Assembly (NCBI RefSeq): GCF_000281045.1
Contig: NW_008246116.1
Coordinates: 91,278-155,277, forward strand
Direction of reading: 5' to 3'
DNA length: 64,000 nt
From: Saprolegnia diclina VS20
Lineage: Eukaryota
The notes beneath the pieces are model-generated. The model was not told where the DNA came from and did not search any database. It was given only the letters and a program-made list of their open reading frames with translations. Below are positions 1-13,185 of this stretch, in pieces. The first letter of the stretch is position 1, and the number at the start of each line of letters is the position of its first letter. The position numbers and the translations under genes were made by a program.

Positions 1-473
1 TGCCGTCATCCTATTGCAATACCGTCATTGCCCATGGTGCGAGAATTGGAGCAGGTTGCACTTGCAGTTAGTTGTTCGTAGTACACTGTCGCTCCACAGA
101 ACTCATGGCAACACTGTCGCTCCAGCGCGCCAGATTTTCTTGTGGCCCCCTTCTTGTCACGTGCCCCTTTCCGGATACCGTATTTCCATCACCTCCGCTT
201 CTGTTTAAAACACATTCCGACTCCTTTCCCAACAACGCTCGACAACGATCGACGTGTGCGCCTCGAATGCTTCAAACGCCGCCTAAAATCTTCCAGCGCT
301 ATGGAGCGAGACTCGGTCCCTTCGTGCGCCGTGCACACGGGCTCGTTCCACGGTGGCAGGAAGCAACCGTGTTTAAAACACGTTGCAAACCAACACCGTC
401 TGGCGACGGCCCGATCCTCTCGTCCGGATACGGAGGCCGGGCTGCGCTCAACCATTGTGTGATTTCTGCGAGA

Positions 474-2679
474 ATGGACGCGCTGCAAGCCAAGGTGCAG
501 GCGCTGAACCTCAAGTCCCAGGCCGAGGACCGCGCTGCGATGGACGCCGAGACGCAGGCCGCTGCGGCGCAGAGCTTCTACATCACGACGGCCATCCACT
601 ACTCGAACGGCGTGCCGCACATTGGCCACGCCTACGAGAACGTGACGGCCGACGTCATTGCGCGCTACCACCGGGCGTATGGCCGCGACGTGCGCTTCCT
701 CACGGGCACGGACGAGCACGGGCAGAAGATCGCGCAGACGGCCGAGGCCGCGGGCATGACGCCGCAGCAGCTCTGCGACAAGTACTCGGGCCTCTTCCAG
801 CAGCTCACAAAGGACCTCAACATGTCGAACGACGACTTTATTCGGACGACGAGCGACCGCCACAAGAGCTTTTGCCAGTACATCTTTGGCCGCGCGCAGG
901 CGAACGGCGACATCTACAAGGGCACGTACGAAGGCTGGTACAACGTGCGCGAAGAGACCTTTGTCACCGAGAACGAGGCCGCGCAGACCAACTACAAGGA
1001 CCCGACGTCGGGCCTCGACCTCAAAAAGATGCAGGAAGAGTCGTACTTTTTCAAAATGTCCAAGTACCAGAAGCGCCTTGTCGAGCACTTCCACGCGCAC
1101 CCCGAGTTTCTTCAGCCCGAGACCGCGCGCCAAGCCATCCTCAAGCGGTATCCCTCCCTCCTTCCCTTGATCCATGTCGAATTCGTCTTGTAGCTTGGAA
1201 GAGCCATTGCACGACCTCTCGGCGTCGCGCACGACGTTCTCGCACGGTATCCCGCTCCCGGACGACCCCAAGCACGTCATGTACGTCTGGTTCGATGCGC
1301 TCTCCAACTACCTGAGCGCGCTCGACTACCCGAACAACAAGGAGCTCTCCAAGTTCTGGCCCGCGAGCGTCCACATCATCGGGAAGGACATTACGTGGTT
1401 TCATACGGTCATCTGGCCGTGCATCCTCATGTCCGCCGGCTTCCCGCTCCCGAAGCGCGTCTTTGCCCACGGCTTTATCAACGCCAAGGACGGTACGAAG
1501 ATGTCCAAGTCGATCGGCAACGTCGTCGACCCGTACGACATGGTGGCCAAGGTCGGCCTCGACTCGTTCCGGTACTTTGTGGTGCGCGGTGCGCGCTACG
1601 GCGCCGACATGCCATTCTCGGAAGACGAGCTCATGGCCATGCACAACTCGGACCTCGCCGACACGCTCGGCAACCTCGTGCACCGCGGCCTCACGCTCAG
1701 TGTCAAGTACGCCGACGGCACGATCCCCGACGCAGTCGCGACGCCGTGCTTTGACGTGGCCGCGCTCCGGGCCGCGACTGAGGACGCGTACCAGAACTAC
1801 AACCTCCAGGACGCGTGCATCGCGTTCATCGAGGCGGTGAAAGAGACCAACAAGTACCTCACGGACGCCGCGCCGTGGCACATGACGGACGCGGCCGCCA
1901 AGCTCGTCGTTGTTCGCACGGTGCTGGAAGCGGTCTACATCTTTGCGCATTTCATGACGCCGTTCATGCCCGGTACGGCCGACGCGATCTTTGCCAAGCT
2001 GCACACGCAGCCCAAGACGCTCACGCAGCTCTCGTCGTACTTTGACAACCTCACGCACGGCACCCCGATCGTCGTCGGCGACATTCTCTTCCAGAAGGTG
2101 CTCTCCGACGCCGAGAAGGCGGCGCTCGAGGCCAAGAAGACGCCGGCGCCGGCCCCGGTCAAGGCCAAGAAGGTCGAACTGCCGCTCTTTGCGTCGACCG
2201 AGATTCGCGTTGGCACGATCACCAAGGTGTGGCCGCACCCGGACAGCGACAAGCTCTTCTGCGAGGAGATTGACGTGGGCCGTGACGCGCCGGTGCAGAT
2301 TGCGTCGGGTCTGCGCCCGTTCTACAGCGCCGAAGAGATGACCAACCGCAAGGTGCTCGTGCTCCTCAACATCAAGGCCGCCAAGCTCGCGGGCTTCAAG
2401 TCCAACGGCATGGTGCTCTGCGCGTGCAACGAAGCCCGTGACGTGATCCAGTTTGTCGAGCCGCCGGCCGGCGCCGTCAACGGCGAGCGCGTCACGATCG
2501 CGACCGAGTCGGGCGACCCGGTGTCGGAAGGCCAGATGAAGAAGCAAAAGGTGTGGGAGAAGCTCGCTATCGACCTCAAGACCAACGACAAGGCCGAAGC
2601 GACGTACAAGGGCGTTGTCATCATGACCTCGGCCGGTCCCTGCAAAGCCGCGTCGCTCACCAACGTGTTCATCAGCTAA
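474..2679 (+). CDS. MARS: Methionyl-tRNA synthetase with C-terminal EMAPII/Arc1p-like tRNA-binding domain; 2 exons
   Basis: FYITTAIHYSNGVPHIGHAYE (HIGH), FLTGTDEHGQKI, MYVWFDALSNY and KMSKS motifs. A GT-AG intron at 1148-1193 joins ORFs 72..1193 and 1174..2679 in frame. C-terminal OB-fold (HPDSDKL, SNGMVLCA). In-frame ATGs also at 105 and 267. Confidence 0.95.
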
Positions 2680-2735
2680 GCGTGAGTTCACGCCTCACAT
2701 GAGTCTTCTTTGCCCATTCCATTTTGTATGTTTAA

Positions 2736-5700
2736 TCACCGCATGGACGGTGGATCGAGCGCGGCAACGCGAGGTAAGGGGCGCCCCGGGCTGCGCGCCA
2801 AGGTCGCTCGCAGCGTCGCGTAGTCGCCGAGCGCGGCTTCGTCGATGGCCACCACGGGCCGCGCGTCGAGGCGCGGGTAGAGCTCGGGGCGACTCGTGGC
2901 CGCACGGCCCTTCTTGTCCTGCTTGGTTGGTGAGTGCATGGCCGGGAGGCGCAGCTTGACGGCGTCGCACTCGTCGCTGAGCTGCGTCGGCCGCGAGGCA
3001 AGTATCGCGGTCGTGCGAGGCGATCGGTGCTGCTTGAAGTGGTGGACGGCCATGTGCACGCGGGCGGTCATGGCGAACGGGTTGGAGACGCGGGGCGTCG
3101 CTTTGGGCAGCGGCAGCGAAGGGACGTCCGTCGCTGGCACCTTGCGCGCGGGCGCGTTCGGGAAATGGACGCAGGGACGGGGCAGCATGCGGTAGAGCGA
3201 AGCGGACTTGGGCGTCTTGAGCACGACCGGGTCGACGTCCTTCTCGGCCGGCAGCGTGTGCGCGCCGCCGTCCGTGTCGAGGATCTGCCAGCGCGACCCG
3301 ACGTACGCGGCCGACGCCACCTACGCGAATGGTCATTTGATCGAGAAGTGGGTCGTACCTTGAAGAGCGGTCCGTCGTCGTCTTCGACAAAGATGCGGCC
3401 GACGAGTCCGGAGAGGAACTCGTGCCGGTGCCACGCGTGGTCAAAGAGCACGCTCAGCGCCATCTCGGTCACGACTCGCGCGTTGTCGTAGCCCTCGACG
3501 TTGCCCTTGTTGCGGCTCACGCTCGTAAGCGTCAGCACTGCGCCAATGAGCCCGAGCTCGTCCTTCCGGAACCAAACGTCTCCGACGGCCGGCGGCGCGT
3601 TCAAGCGGAGGCCCCGCAGCTCCTTTTGATAGAGCTCGATGGCCTTGGGCGGACCCTAACCCAGCATCCTCTCGTATGAGACACTTCAACATCGACGACA
3701 GCAAGCTACGAGCGTCGCGGCGCACGTCGACACGTTGGGGCTGCGCGGGTAATCGCAGTCGCGCAGCTTGGCGTCGTCGAGGCGCCAGTGGTCGTGGCCA
3801 AAGAGCCCGATGAGGCAACCGCCGAGCGTCCAGAGCTTGATGCTGGCCATCGACTCGGCCGACGTTGTGAGCAAGAAGGTCTCGAGGACGGTGCCCATTT
3901 CGACATAGTCGAGCGCCGCGATCGAGGTTTCGTGCGCAGCCCACGCGTGCACGTTCTCAACGCAAAGCGGGAGTCGCCCCGGGCACCCGAGCCGAAACAC
4001 TTGAACGTGGCCGTTCGAGAGGCCCGTGAAGAGGAGCTCGCCGTCGACGTCGCAGCGCGCGACGCGGACTTCAAGAAGCGCATCGTCTTGCCGTAAATCG
4101 ACAGTCGCATGCACAAAGGTGTGGCGCGGGTTGATGAGAAGCAGCGTTGCGTTCGTGGTGACGCCAACGAGGAGACCGAGTTTGGGCGGGTACATGAGCG
4201 CTTCGATTCCTACGAGAGATTGGGCGTGAGCGAGAGTAGGCGAAGCGCGCGTCACCGCTTGAGAACTGGAACTTGTGCATGAGGTCGCCCGAGTTGAGGC
4301 CCCAGAGAATGACTACGATAGCCCATCATGCACCGCAGAGGACGAACGAAAGCGCACCACAGCCGTCGACGCCGCCCGTTGCGATGCTCTTGGGCGGGCA
4401 AAAGGTCAGCGAGAGCACGTCGTCCGTGTGCCCCGTCGCCCGCTTCTCGGGCATGCGGCGGAGGTACTCGGTTGCATTCGAGTCGTTCCAGAGGTACACG
4501 CGGCGGTCCCAGCCCGTGCACGCAAGGTACTTGGTCTGCGCAAAGCCACGCCCAGACGAGAACGGAATCGACGTCGTGATCGAGAGCACGCTCGTGATTT
4601 CGTTCGACTTGGACGCCATGCACCGGGGCACACGGGGAATATGCACGCTCTGCGTGTGCAGGCTTGGCGGCAGCTTCATGCGGCCGGCATCGTCGTCGAG
4701 CTCGGCGCGGTTGAAGTGCAAGAGGGCATCGAGGTGGTGGTCGTCCTTCTCCTTCTTGAGCGTCGTTAGGAGACTCCCGTTGCTAAAGTTCCATAGCTTG
4801 ACGTCGTCGCCGGCGTGGCTGCCCGTGATGAGCCGGCGACCCGACTCGTCCAGCGCCTAAGACCTTGTCAGTACTGTCGTACTGCAGTGTGAATGTAATG
4901 ATTACGGCGGCGGTGATGGTCGAGTCGGAGATGTCAAAGTTGGAAATCATAGAGCCGTCGAGGAGGTTCCAGAGCACGACATGCGCGTTCGTGTCGATGC
5001 TCACGACTTGCTGAAACGAGGGGTTGAAGAGGAGCTTGCAAATCGGGTGTTCGTGCAGCTGCAGCGCTTCTTGGACGCCAACCATCGGATGCAGCGGCCA
5101 GTCGTTCAGCGCGCTCGACGCCGTGATCAAGTGCTTGTAGCGCGCGTCGAACGTGAGGAGACTCACCTTGTGGCGTTCGTGGGACGCGTCTTCGATCACC
5201 TGATTGCACTTGCAGTTTTTCACGTCCCAGACGCGCACTAGCAGGAGCAGTTGCGCTTGGAACTCGTGCACTTGAGAACGTACCGAGGCCGTCAAAGCCG
5301 AGGCTCAGGAGGCTGTACGACGCGGTGTTCCAGATGACTTGTTTGATCGAGCACGTGTGCCCCACGAGCCGTCCCACGAGCCGGATCGAGTACGGGCTCC
5401 ACAGCAACACTTGACGCTCGAGGCCGCAGCTCGCAATAAGCTTGGGCTCCTTGCACCACGCAAACGAGTAGACGGCGCCCCGGTGCTGCCGAAAGTCGCG
5501 CTTGAGTGTGCCCCGGGTGATGTCGACGACCTAGTCGTCATCAAACCGACTACACTATCTTGTCTATTGTACATACCTTGATCGAGCCGTCGTGGGACGC
5601 CGAGACGAGGCAGTTGAGGTCCGCGACAAACTCGAGGCACGTAATATAGTCGGTGTGGCGCTCGGTCCGCGCAATCTTGCAGCCGTCGAGCGTCGGGCTG

Positions 5701-6584
5701 CTGTGGCAGCCAATTTCACCGTCGCAAATGTGCCACGTCGTCGGCTCGTCAAATGTGATTTGCGTGACGCACCCGACGTCGTCGCCAATGAAGAGGCTCT
5801 CGCGCATGCTGCCTTCGTCGACCATCGTGCTCAAACTCAACGGCGTCGCATGCTCCAACTCGGAAAACGGAAGTTTGGACACGAGTTTCTTGTCCGGCGT
5901 CGAGAGGTCGTAGAAGACGACGCCGGCTTCCATGGACGCGATGGCCACCTTGCCGCTCACGCGCAAATAGACCATACTCGAGACCCAGTCCGACTTGTTC
6001 CTCGTCGTCTTGAACGTGTGCAGCGGCGCGCTCAGCGCCGTCGGTGCGAACGTCGAAATGACGCCGCCGTGGGTGCACGCGAGGTAGTGGCCACTGCGCG
6101 GCAGCGTCTCGATCGCGACAAAGACGTCGCGAGCCCGATGCGTCGTAACGGGCGTCTCCTCGGCCACCTAATAGGGCGTCATCCTCCGATTGCTATTGCT
6201 GTTGAAATATTGCTATCGGTGTACATAGTCATCGCGGGGCAGGAAGGCGGCAGTCGTGGTCGCAGACGCGTCTTTGGTCGCGTTGGCGTTGAGGAACATG
6301 AAGTTCGTGAACTCGTCCCAGTCGACCGTTCCGTCCGAGTTGGCGTCGATCTTCATAAAGAGCTGCGAGATCTGCGTCGGCGTCCAGTGGTCGCCGCCGA
6401 GGATCGAGCCAAAGTGCGCCACAAACTGCTTCTCGGTGAGCGCCGAGTCTTGCTCAAAGACGCCGTGGAGCTTCATGAGTTCGCTGAGCCTGAACATGGA
6501 TTCGTTGAGGCTGAAGCTCCCGAGGTTGGACACCGGTGGCTCGTCCGTGCCATCGGCGCTGCTCGGTCGCAGTCCGCCCACCAT
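2736..6584 (-). CDS. EF-hand and WD40-repeat protein (WDR49/EFCAB8-like); multi-exon
   Basis: EF-hand DANSDGTVDWDEF in ORF 6213..6605, followed by WD40 pieces in successive ORFs (HTDYITCL..SASHDGSIK, GHTCSIKQV, GHTDDVLSL, AHETSIAAL..IKLWT). Exon structure and 3' end are approximate. Confidence 0.75.
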
Positions 6585-7000
6585 GCTCGGCGTTTCCAGC
6601 GACAAGCGATCTTTCGCAGCCTATGATTAGACGCCTCCGGAACGCGTTCCGGTTGACACCCTCACCATCAATGACGACATCTCACCGAGTAAAAGACTAG
6701 GGGTTGGAGGCGACAGACTAGGTTACGGTGTTTAAACCGTCGTGGGCTCAGCTGCCTGGCCCGTCTGACCATCCTAACGCGCCACAGCTCTCGGCAACCC
6801 AGAGGTAAATCCGCCGTGTATTGTGGTGAACCACCCAGTATTGCTCTACGAGTTTACGTACGATAGCCATTGAACTCTGCCCACCTCGTTCGTTCAACCA
6901 CAATACGCGGGTCAGCCAAGGTTGTAGCTATTGATAGACAGGCGGTTGGCTATTTCAATCGCCGCCTCTCAACGCTCAACGGTCGTCGCCGTGGCGCAAG

Positions 7001-10000
7001 ATGGAGCCCGAAATGGCGCAAGGAAGTACGTCCGAGGCGAGCCTCGAAGTGGACGTCATCGCGATGCCTGCAATACGCCTACCTCCGTTGCCAGGAGCCT
7101 CTGCACCACCTTTGCCCGAGCCTCTCGAGCTACTCGAGTCGCCGCCAACTCTTCCCACAGACACAACAACAGATCTTAGAGACGAGAATCCCGAGCCGCT
7201 GGTGCCATTGACGAGCAACAGTGATCCACCAAGCGCCGGCTCGGAAGACGAGGTCGTGTCCGACAACGGGCCTGACGAGGGCGCTTCTACAAGCGTCCTA
7301 CCCAACGACGAAATCGCCACGGACACTGTCGACGACGGCGCGACAGATACCCCAACAGAGGCAGACGCCGCAAGCAACGATTGGACAGAGTACGAAGGCG
7401 ACACTCTGCAAGCCGACGACACGTCAAGAGACGTGCCGAGCGAACCAACACTTGAAGGGAGCTACTTCGCTGAGCAAACCGAGCCAGCGCCAGAGAGCCC
7501 TGACTTTGACGTTGACGGGCCAACCGAGCCAGCGCCAGAGAACACCGACATCGAGCCAGCGCTCGAGGAGGGCAACCCTGGGGCGTGGAGCGACGATCCT
7601 GCACTTGGCGACACCGAGAGCACTACGGAGTGGGCGGCGGCCCCAGGTATCGACGCGATAAACGCAAAGGACCCGCCGACAGAAGAGAATGGCGACGAAA
7701 GCCAATGGGCGACCGACGAGACAGGCGCTTGCCTCGATGTACCGGAAGCTCCGAATGACACTCTTGGCGATAACTACGGCGGCCAAGTCGTCGCGAATGA
7801 AACCGAGTGGGTCGACAGAGCAGCTGACCAAGCGGATGCGTACCCAGATCCAGCAGCCGACGGCGTCGCGGACGAGTGGCCGAATCCAGAACCAGACGCC
7901 GTTTCAAATGACGTCGACAACTCTCAACTTTGGCCAGGTCAAGAAAATATAGACGAAGGCCAGGCCTTCAGCGCCATGGACGAAGCAGCCAGCCCCGAGG
8001 ATACTCTGAACGAAGCGCCGGGGTGGTCATCGCTGGATCCAAACGGGTCGTGGGCAAATGAACCTGGTCGCGCGGTCGGCTGGTCGTCGTTCCATCCCGA
8101 TTCTACGTGGGCAGACGAAGCCAGCGCTCCTCCGTTGGCCCCAGTAGAACCAACGGCGTCGATGCCGACAGACTTCGCCGGGACGCGCAACCGTCCTGGC
8201 TCGGCCAAAAAGGTACTCACGCGCGTCGAAATGATCAAGTACGCCAAGGACTTTGCCGCCGCCGAACGTCTCGGCGCGGGCAAGTCGTTCTTCAAGACGA
8301 CGATGAAGGACATCGCCGAGCTCGGCGTCGGCCTTCAGCTCTATTTTCTCTTCACCAAGTACATGGGTCTCTGCTTCGTCGTCATGTCGGTGCTGGCATT
8401 ACCCGCGCTCGTCATGCACGCGTCGGCCCGCGGCATCGACACGCAGATGATCGACCCGATGCGGCTCGGTGTCTTGACGATCGCCAACGAGGGCGTCAAC
8501 TCGACAGCGAACGCGACCACCGAGTGGTGCGCCGGCAACCCCTTCACGGACGACCCGCACACCGTGAGCTACCTCATCACGGCCTGCGACGTTCTCTATT
8601 CGCTGACGTTTGCCGGGTTCATGTGGTTTTTCAAGGTACGTTGAGGCATGTAGATCAGAATCGTCTCAGCATATTAAGTAGATCACGGCGAACCAAGTCA
8701 TCGCCCGCAACGCCGAGGCGATTACGCCGGCAAAGTACGCCGTGTACGTGCGCGGCTTGCCACCGTCGGCGACCCAAGAAAGCATTTTGCAGCACTTCAA
8801 CGCCCGCTACGACCCAACGACAGAGAGGAAGGAGTACCCGATGAAGCTCGGCTGCTGGGGCCGGCCGCGAGCACCCAAGGTGCAGGCCGATTTGACGCGC
8901 GGCGGACGGCTGGCCAAGCCCGTCGACAGTACGGAGCACCTCTCGCACCCGCACGAGATGTACCTGCGCACGTACGTGGCCGAAGTGAGCATTGCACACC
9001 CGACGGGCGGCCTGCTGCGAACCTTTTTGGCGATGGAGTACCTCACGGCCAAGGCCGCCGAGCTCAACGATATTCTCAAGACGCTCCAGATGCTGCCGGC
9101 AACGGACGCGGCCAACCGCGCTGAAATCACAACCAAGTAGTACATAACTGCCTCTCACTGTCGTATCGAAAGTGAGTAGGATCGAAGCGCAGCTCGAAAA
9201 AGTGACCGACACCCTCGAGAAGAAGACGAGCAAGCTCAAGGAGCTCCGCGAGAACCGCGCCAACAACCTCACCGACTGCGACTGTGCCTTTGTCGTCTTC
9301 AACAGCGTCGAAGCCCAGCGGCGGTACCATCTCGCCGCAAGACGTTTCTGACTACTGGAGCAGGTGTCTGCGTGACTACCGCACGAGCCAGTACAGTTTG
9401 GCGCGGCGGTTCCAGCCCAAGGAACTTCGGTTCCAGGGCACGCACGCGCTCTGGGTGCAACAAGCGCCCGAGCCCTCCAACATCATTTGGGAAAACCTCG
9501 AAGTGCCCGTGCGAGAGCGACGTCTTCGGTGCGTGGAAACTTCTTCTGCCACGACGCGACTGGTGGCTAGGCGGTACTTGACCAACTTTGTGACGTTTTT
9601 GCTCTTGTTGGTGTCGTGCGCGGTCATTTCGCTGGCGCAGAGGCAAGCGAAATGTATCAATGTTTCAACGTGCCACGTGTGTGTGTTTTAGTGCGCAAGC
9701 CACGTTTGCAGGGGGTTCGATCCCGAATTTTTGCACCGAGGCGCTCCCGGCCGTCTTTACGGGCAACTACTCGATTATTTCGACGCTCAAGTGGCAACTC
9801 TACTGGGACCAGTACCCCAACACGACGTGTCCGACGGGCAGCTACTACATCTCGTACACCAACAATGTTGTCGTACCGCAAACCAAAGTCGGCAACGCGA
9901 CGCAGTGCGTGACCAACCGCTGCATCTCGGCGATCGCGAGCCTCGATACGACGTGCAGCACGCTCCCGTGCTTTTTGCCCGCGCTCAAAGACGACAAGAC

Positions 10001-11794
10001 GCGCCCGTGTACAACCTACAAGGCGTCGGATCTGCTGAAATGCTACTGCGAACCCGCCCTCGAGCGCGCGATTTCGCTCTACGGCTGGCTCGACGGCCCG
10101 AAAAAGATGTACAATTACCAGGTAATACCGAGTCTCGTCTGTCGTGGGTTGCATCAACGGTGGTGGTCTTAGCTGCCATGCCAAGAGTACTTGGCCAACT
10201 ACATTCGGAAGAACGCGTCGCTCTTCCTCGCGGCCGCGACAGTCATTGTCGTCAACCTTGTGTTGCAGACAATCCTCCGCGCATTTGCCGATTTTGAGCG
10301 CCACGTGAGCGAGAGCGAGCGCGCGTCAGCCATGGTGCTCAAGCTCTTCTTCGCACAGCTGCTCAACACGGGTGCGGCCGAATCTCCATCTTAACAATGA
10401 GATTCACATGGTCGTAGGAATCATTGTGCTCTTGGTCAACGCCAACTTGAGCAACGTGCCTCTGCCGTCGACGCTGCGTGAAGTCTTGAACGGGAAGTTT
10501 GACGACTTTGTGCGGCAGTGGTACATTAGCGTCGGCGTCGGGATCTCGACAACCATGATCATCAACGCGGTTTCGCCGCAGATCGGACCGATTTTGCAAA
10601 CCTTCGTCATTCGGCCGCTGACGCGGTCGCGTGCGCTCAAGGCCGCAGTGACGCAAAAGCAAATGAACGACTTGTTTGCGGGCCCGTCTTTTGACATTTC
10701 GCTGCGGTGGGCTATCTAATTTTTGTACATAATTGTCATTCGTCCGCGTAGGTACCCACTTGTGCTCAACACCGTGTTTGTGACGATGATGTACTGCGGC
10801 GGAATTCCAGTGCTGCTCCCCGTCGCCGCCCTCGCATGCCTCGTCATGCACCTCCTCGACAAGCTCACGATTATGAAGCTCTACTCGGTCCGCACCGCCT
10901 ACGACGAGGTGCCAGGCTATATTTGAGTGGTTTCGTAACTAGTGCTGTGTAGGCGCTTGGCGAGCTCTCGCAAGCGATGCTGCCGTTTGCACTGTTGCTC
11001 CACCTCGGGTTTTCAACGTGGATGTACGGCAACAGCATGTTCCTCCAGTCGGGCCTGTTGAACGTGTCGTGGGTCTTGCGGGAATTTGGCGTCCAGTCGA
11101 ATTCGACCAACGCCAACGACCTCTACGGTGAGCTCCAAGCCGCCGTGAGCGAGTACGATCCGCTCGGGTCCGCCGGTCTCTCGTCCAAGATCTGGCGCCT
11201 CAACGTCTTTCCCATCTTTCTCTTCTTTGTCATCGCGCTCGTCCTCTTCTTTTTATCGCAGTTTTTTGGCGCCATTTTGTGGCCGATTCTGGAAAAACCT
11301 CTCTATTGGCTCGCGAACGGCATCGCCAATTCGTGCTCGTCGACGCTCAAGAAGACGCTCATGCACAGCAAGCGCAAGTACTCGAGCGAAACGCCGCTCG
11401 TGTCCCAGTACCCCGACTTTACGGGCGAGTACCAAGTGCACGCGACCTCCAAGGCCGTCGACGTTGCCAAAGGCTATGAGCTCCAAGAGAACGGAATCCT
11501 CGTCCGCAAGTGGACGGTCGACACGGACGTGCGAAACAAAGGCGACCGCATGCTCACGTGGGAGGCCATGGCGGCGCCCGTCAAGACGTACTCGATCCAC
11601 GCCAACCCCAAATATCAGGTACAGTCACGTGTGCTTTCTGGTGGCTGAGACGGCAGCAATAGAATGCGATGATTGAGCTCTCGCACGCCCGCGAGCGTGT
11701 CGGCAACGAGGATGCCGCCGAGAGCGAGCAAGAGAAACACGTCAGGAAGCCCAAGAAACCGTCCGGTTCCAGCACGGTCGTGCCTGTTGAGTAG
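7001..11794 (+). CDS. OSCA/TMEM63 (CSC1-like) mechanosensitive channel family protein with long acidic N-terminus; multi-exon
   Basis: GVGLQLYFLFTKY, YVRGLP, QAPEPSNIIWENL, FERHVSESE..LKLFFAQLLNT, TQKQMNDLFAGPSF, YPLVLNTVFVTMMYCGGIPVL. The last exon, after an intron at ~11618-11662, ends at TAG 11792-11794. Confidence 0.85.
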
Positions 11795-11795
11795 T

Positions 11796-12166
11796 TTACT
11801 TTTCTTCCGCGTATGTGTAAAACCCTTGTGCGTACTTGATGCCAAAGTCCGTCGCGTCCACGGGCGGGTGCTTGAGCGCCTTGCGCGGGTTCTCGTCCAG
11901 CTCCTACGACTGCGCTAAGATCCAGGCAGCAGCTTGAAATTTGCACCTCAAAGATGTCCTTGATGTCGCCGCCGTGCTTCTTGTACATGGCCGCTAGTAC
12001 CAGACGTCGGACGCGGGGGTTAATCAAGAGGGCGCGCACCGAGACGCTCAGCAACCGCGGGGTCGTACTCGAGCGAGTCATGGCGCGGATTGGCCTTGGT
12101 CGCCTTGAGGTTGTTGGACGACTTGAGCAGCTCGCCGTCGCTCACCAGCGCGTGCTTGCTCTCCAT
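11796..12166 (-). CDS. Small hypothetical protein (~90 aa), 3 exons
   Basis: Manual splicing over two GT-AG introns gives a continuous frame MESKHALVSDGELLKSS..YDPAVAERLAAMYKKHGGDIKDIFE|ELDENPRKALKHPP..YTYAEEK*, with GC3-rich codon usage. Confidence 0.6.
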
Positions 12167-12584
12167 CGCTTCAAAGATCTTATCCGACCAAGGGTTGCGA
12201 TCTTCCGCAACGATTGCGAAAATTACGCGTGCGAAACGTGTTTTATGTCGGAAATAGCAGAAAGGGCAATGTCACGTGGCAGCCCACGGGCGAAGGACAG
12301 AGATTTGCAGACATGTGGCCCGTGTCCGGCCGTCCCGCGGCAGCAGCTGCGCGAACATACCGGCAGCAAAGCGTTTTTCGTTCAGGCACCTCGACGGGCC
12401 TGGTAATGTCTACTAGTACCGGTTCAGGCTACGGTTCAGGCGCCGATATCTGGCGCCGATGCTGCGGCCGTCAGAGGAACCAAGACTCGACGTCGTCTGA
12501 GTCGCGCAGCTGCTGGACGCGGGTCAAAACGGACCAATCAGATGTCGCGTACTTCTGTGTAATCAGACCATTTTGAAAAAAACG

Positions 12585-13061
12585 ATGCGTCTCTCTTCGC
12601 TTCCGCTCGGACTCGCGGCGCTGGCCGTCGTGAGCGCGATTGACGGCCGCCTTCCGTGCGACCGCGGTGTCCTCCTCGAGAAGGCCGGCGTCCAGACGCT
12701 AAAGACGTGCCTGGCGACGGCCAACTTGACGCTCGACACGCTCGACAAGGCACACGCCACAGCCCTCTGCGCCGTGCCAGCCTGCGTCAGCGTCGTCACG
12801 ATGGCATCGACGACAACTACATGTCCGAATGGCCAAGACTACGCCGGTCTCTGCAACACGACGGCAGCGACGACACCAACATCGACCACAGGCGCTTCGA
12901 CGACGACCACGAGTCCCGCGACAACGCTGCCCACATCATCGGCGCCAACGTCCGCGCCCACCACCGGCACCCCAAAGACACCAGCGGTTGCACCTTCTAG
13001 TGCATCGGCCATGTCGCTGGCAACTGTTGTGGCCATCACATCAGCCATTCTTCTCGTCTAA
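12585..13061 (+). CDS. Elicitin-like secreted protein with Ser/Thr-rich stalk and probable GPI anchor
   Basis: Signal peptide, six Cys in a ~65 aa domain (including CAVPAC), T/S/P-rich tail, hydrophobic C-terminus. Confidence 0.75.
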   Translation: MRLSSLPLGLAALAVVSAIDGRLPCDRGVLLEKAGVQTLKTCLATANLTLDTLDKAHATALCAVPACVSVVTMASTTTTCPNGQDYAGLCNTTAATTPTSTTGASTTTTSPATTLPTSSAPTSAPTTGTPKTPAVAPSSASAMSLATVVAITSAILLV

Positions 13062-13185
13062 GGCGCGCGAATGGCTTCGTAAAGTACCTTCGAGCGAATC
13101 CGGTAAACGTGTGTAGTAAAATGCACTTTGCACAATTTCGGGTTGTCAAATGACCTTCGCACATGAGACTACATGCGTCAGCAGT

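Noticed and set aside
1141..2691. Long antisense ORFs (e.g. 516 aa opposite MetRS, and similar ones opposite PARP, PRMT7 and the lipase)
   Set aside because: Shadow ORFs expected from GC3-rich codon usage; no motifs.
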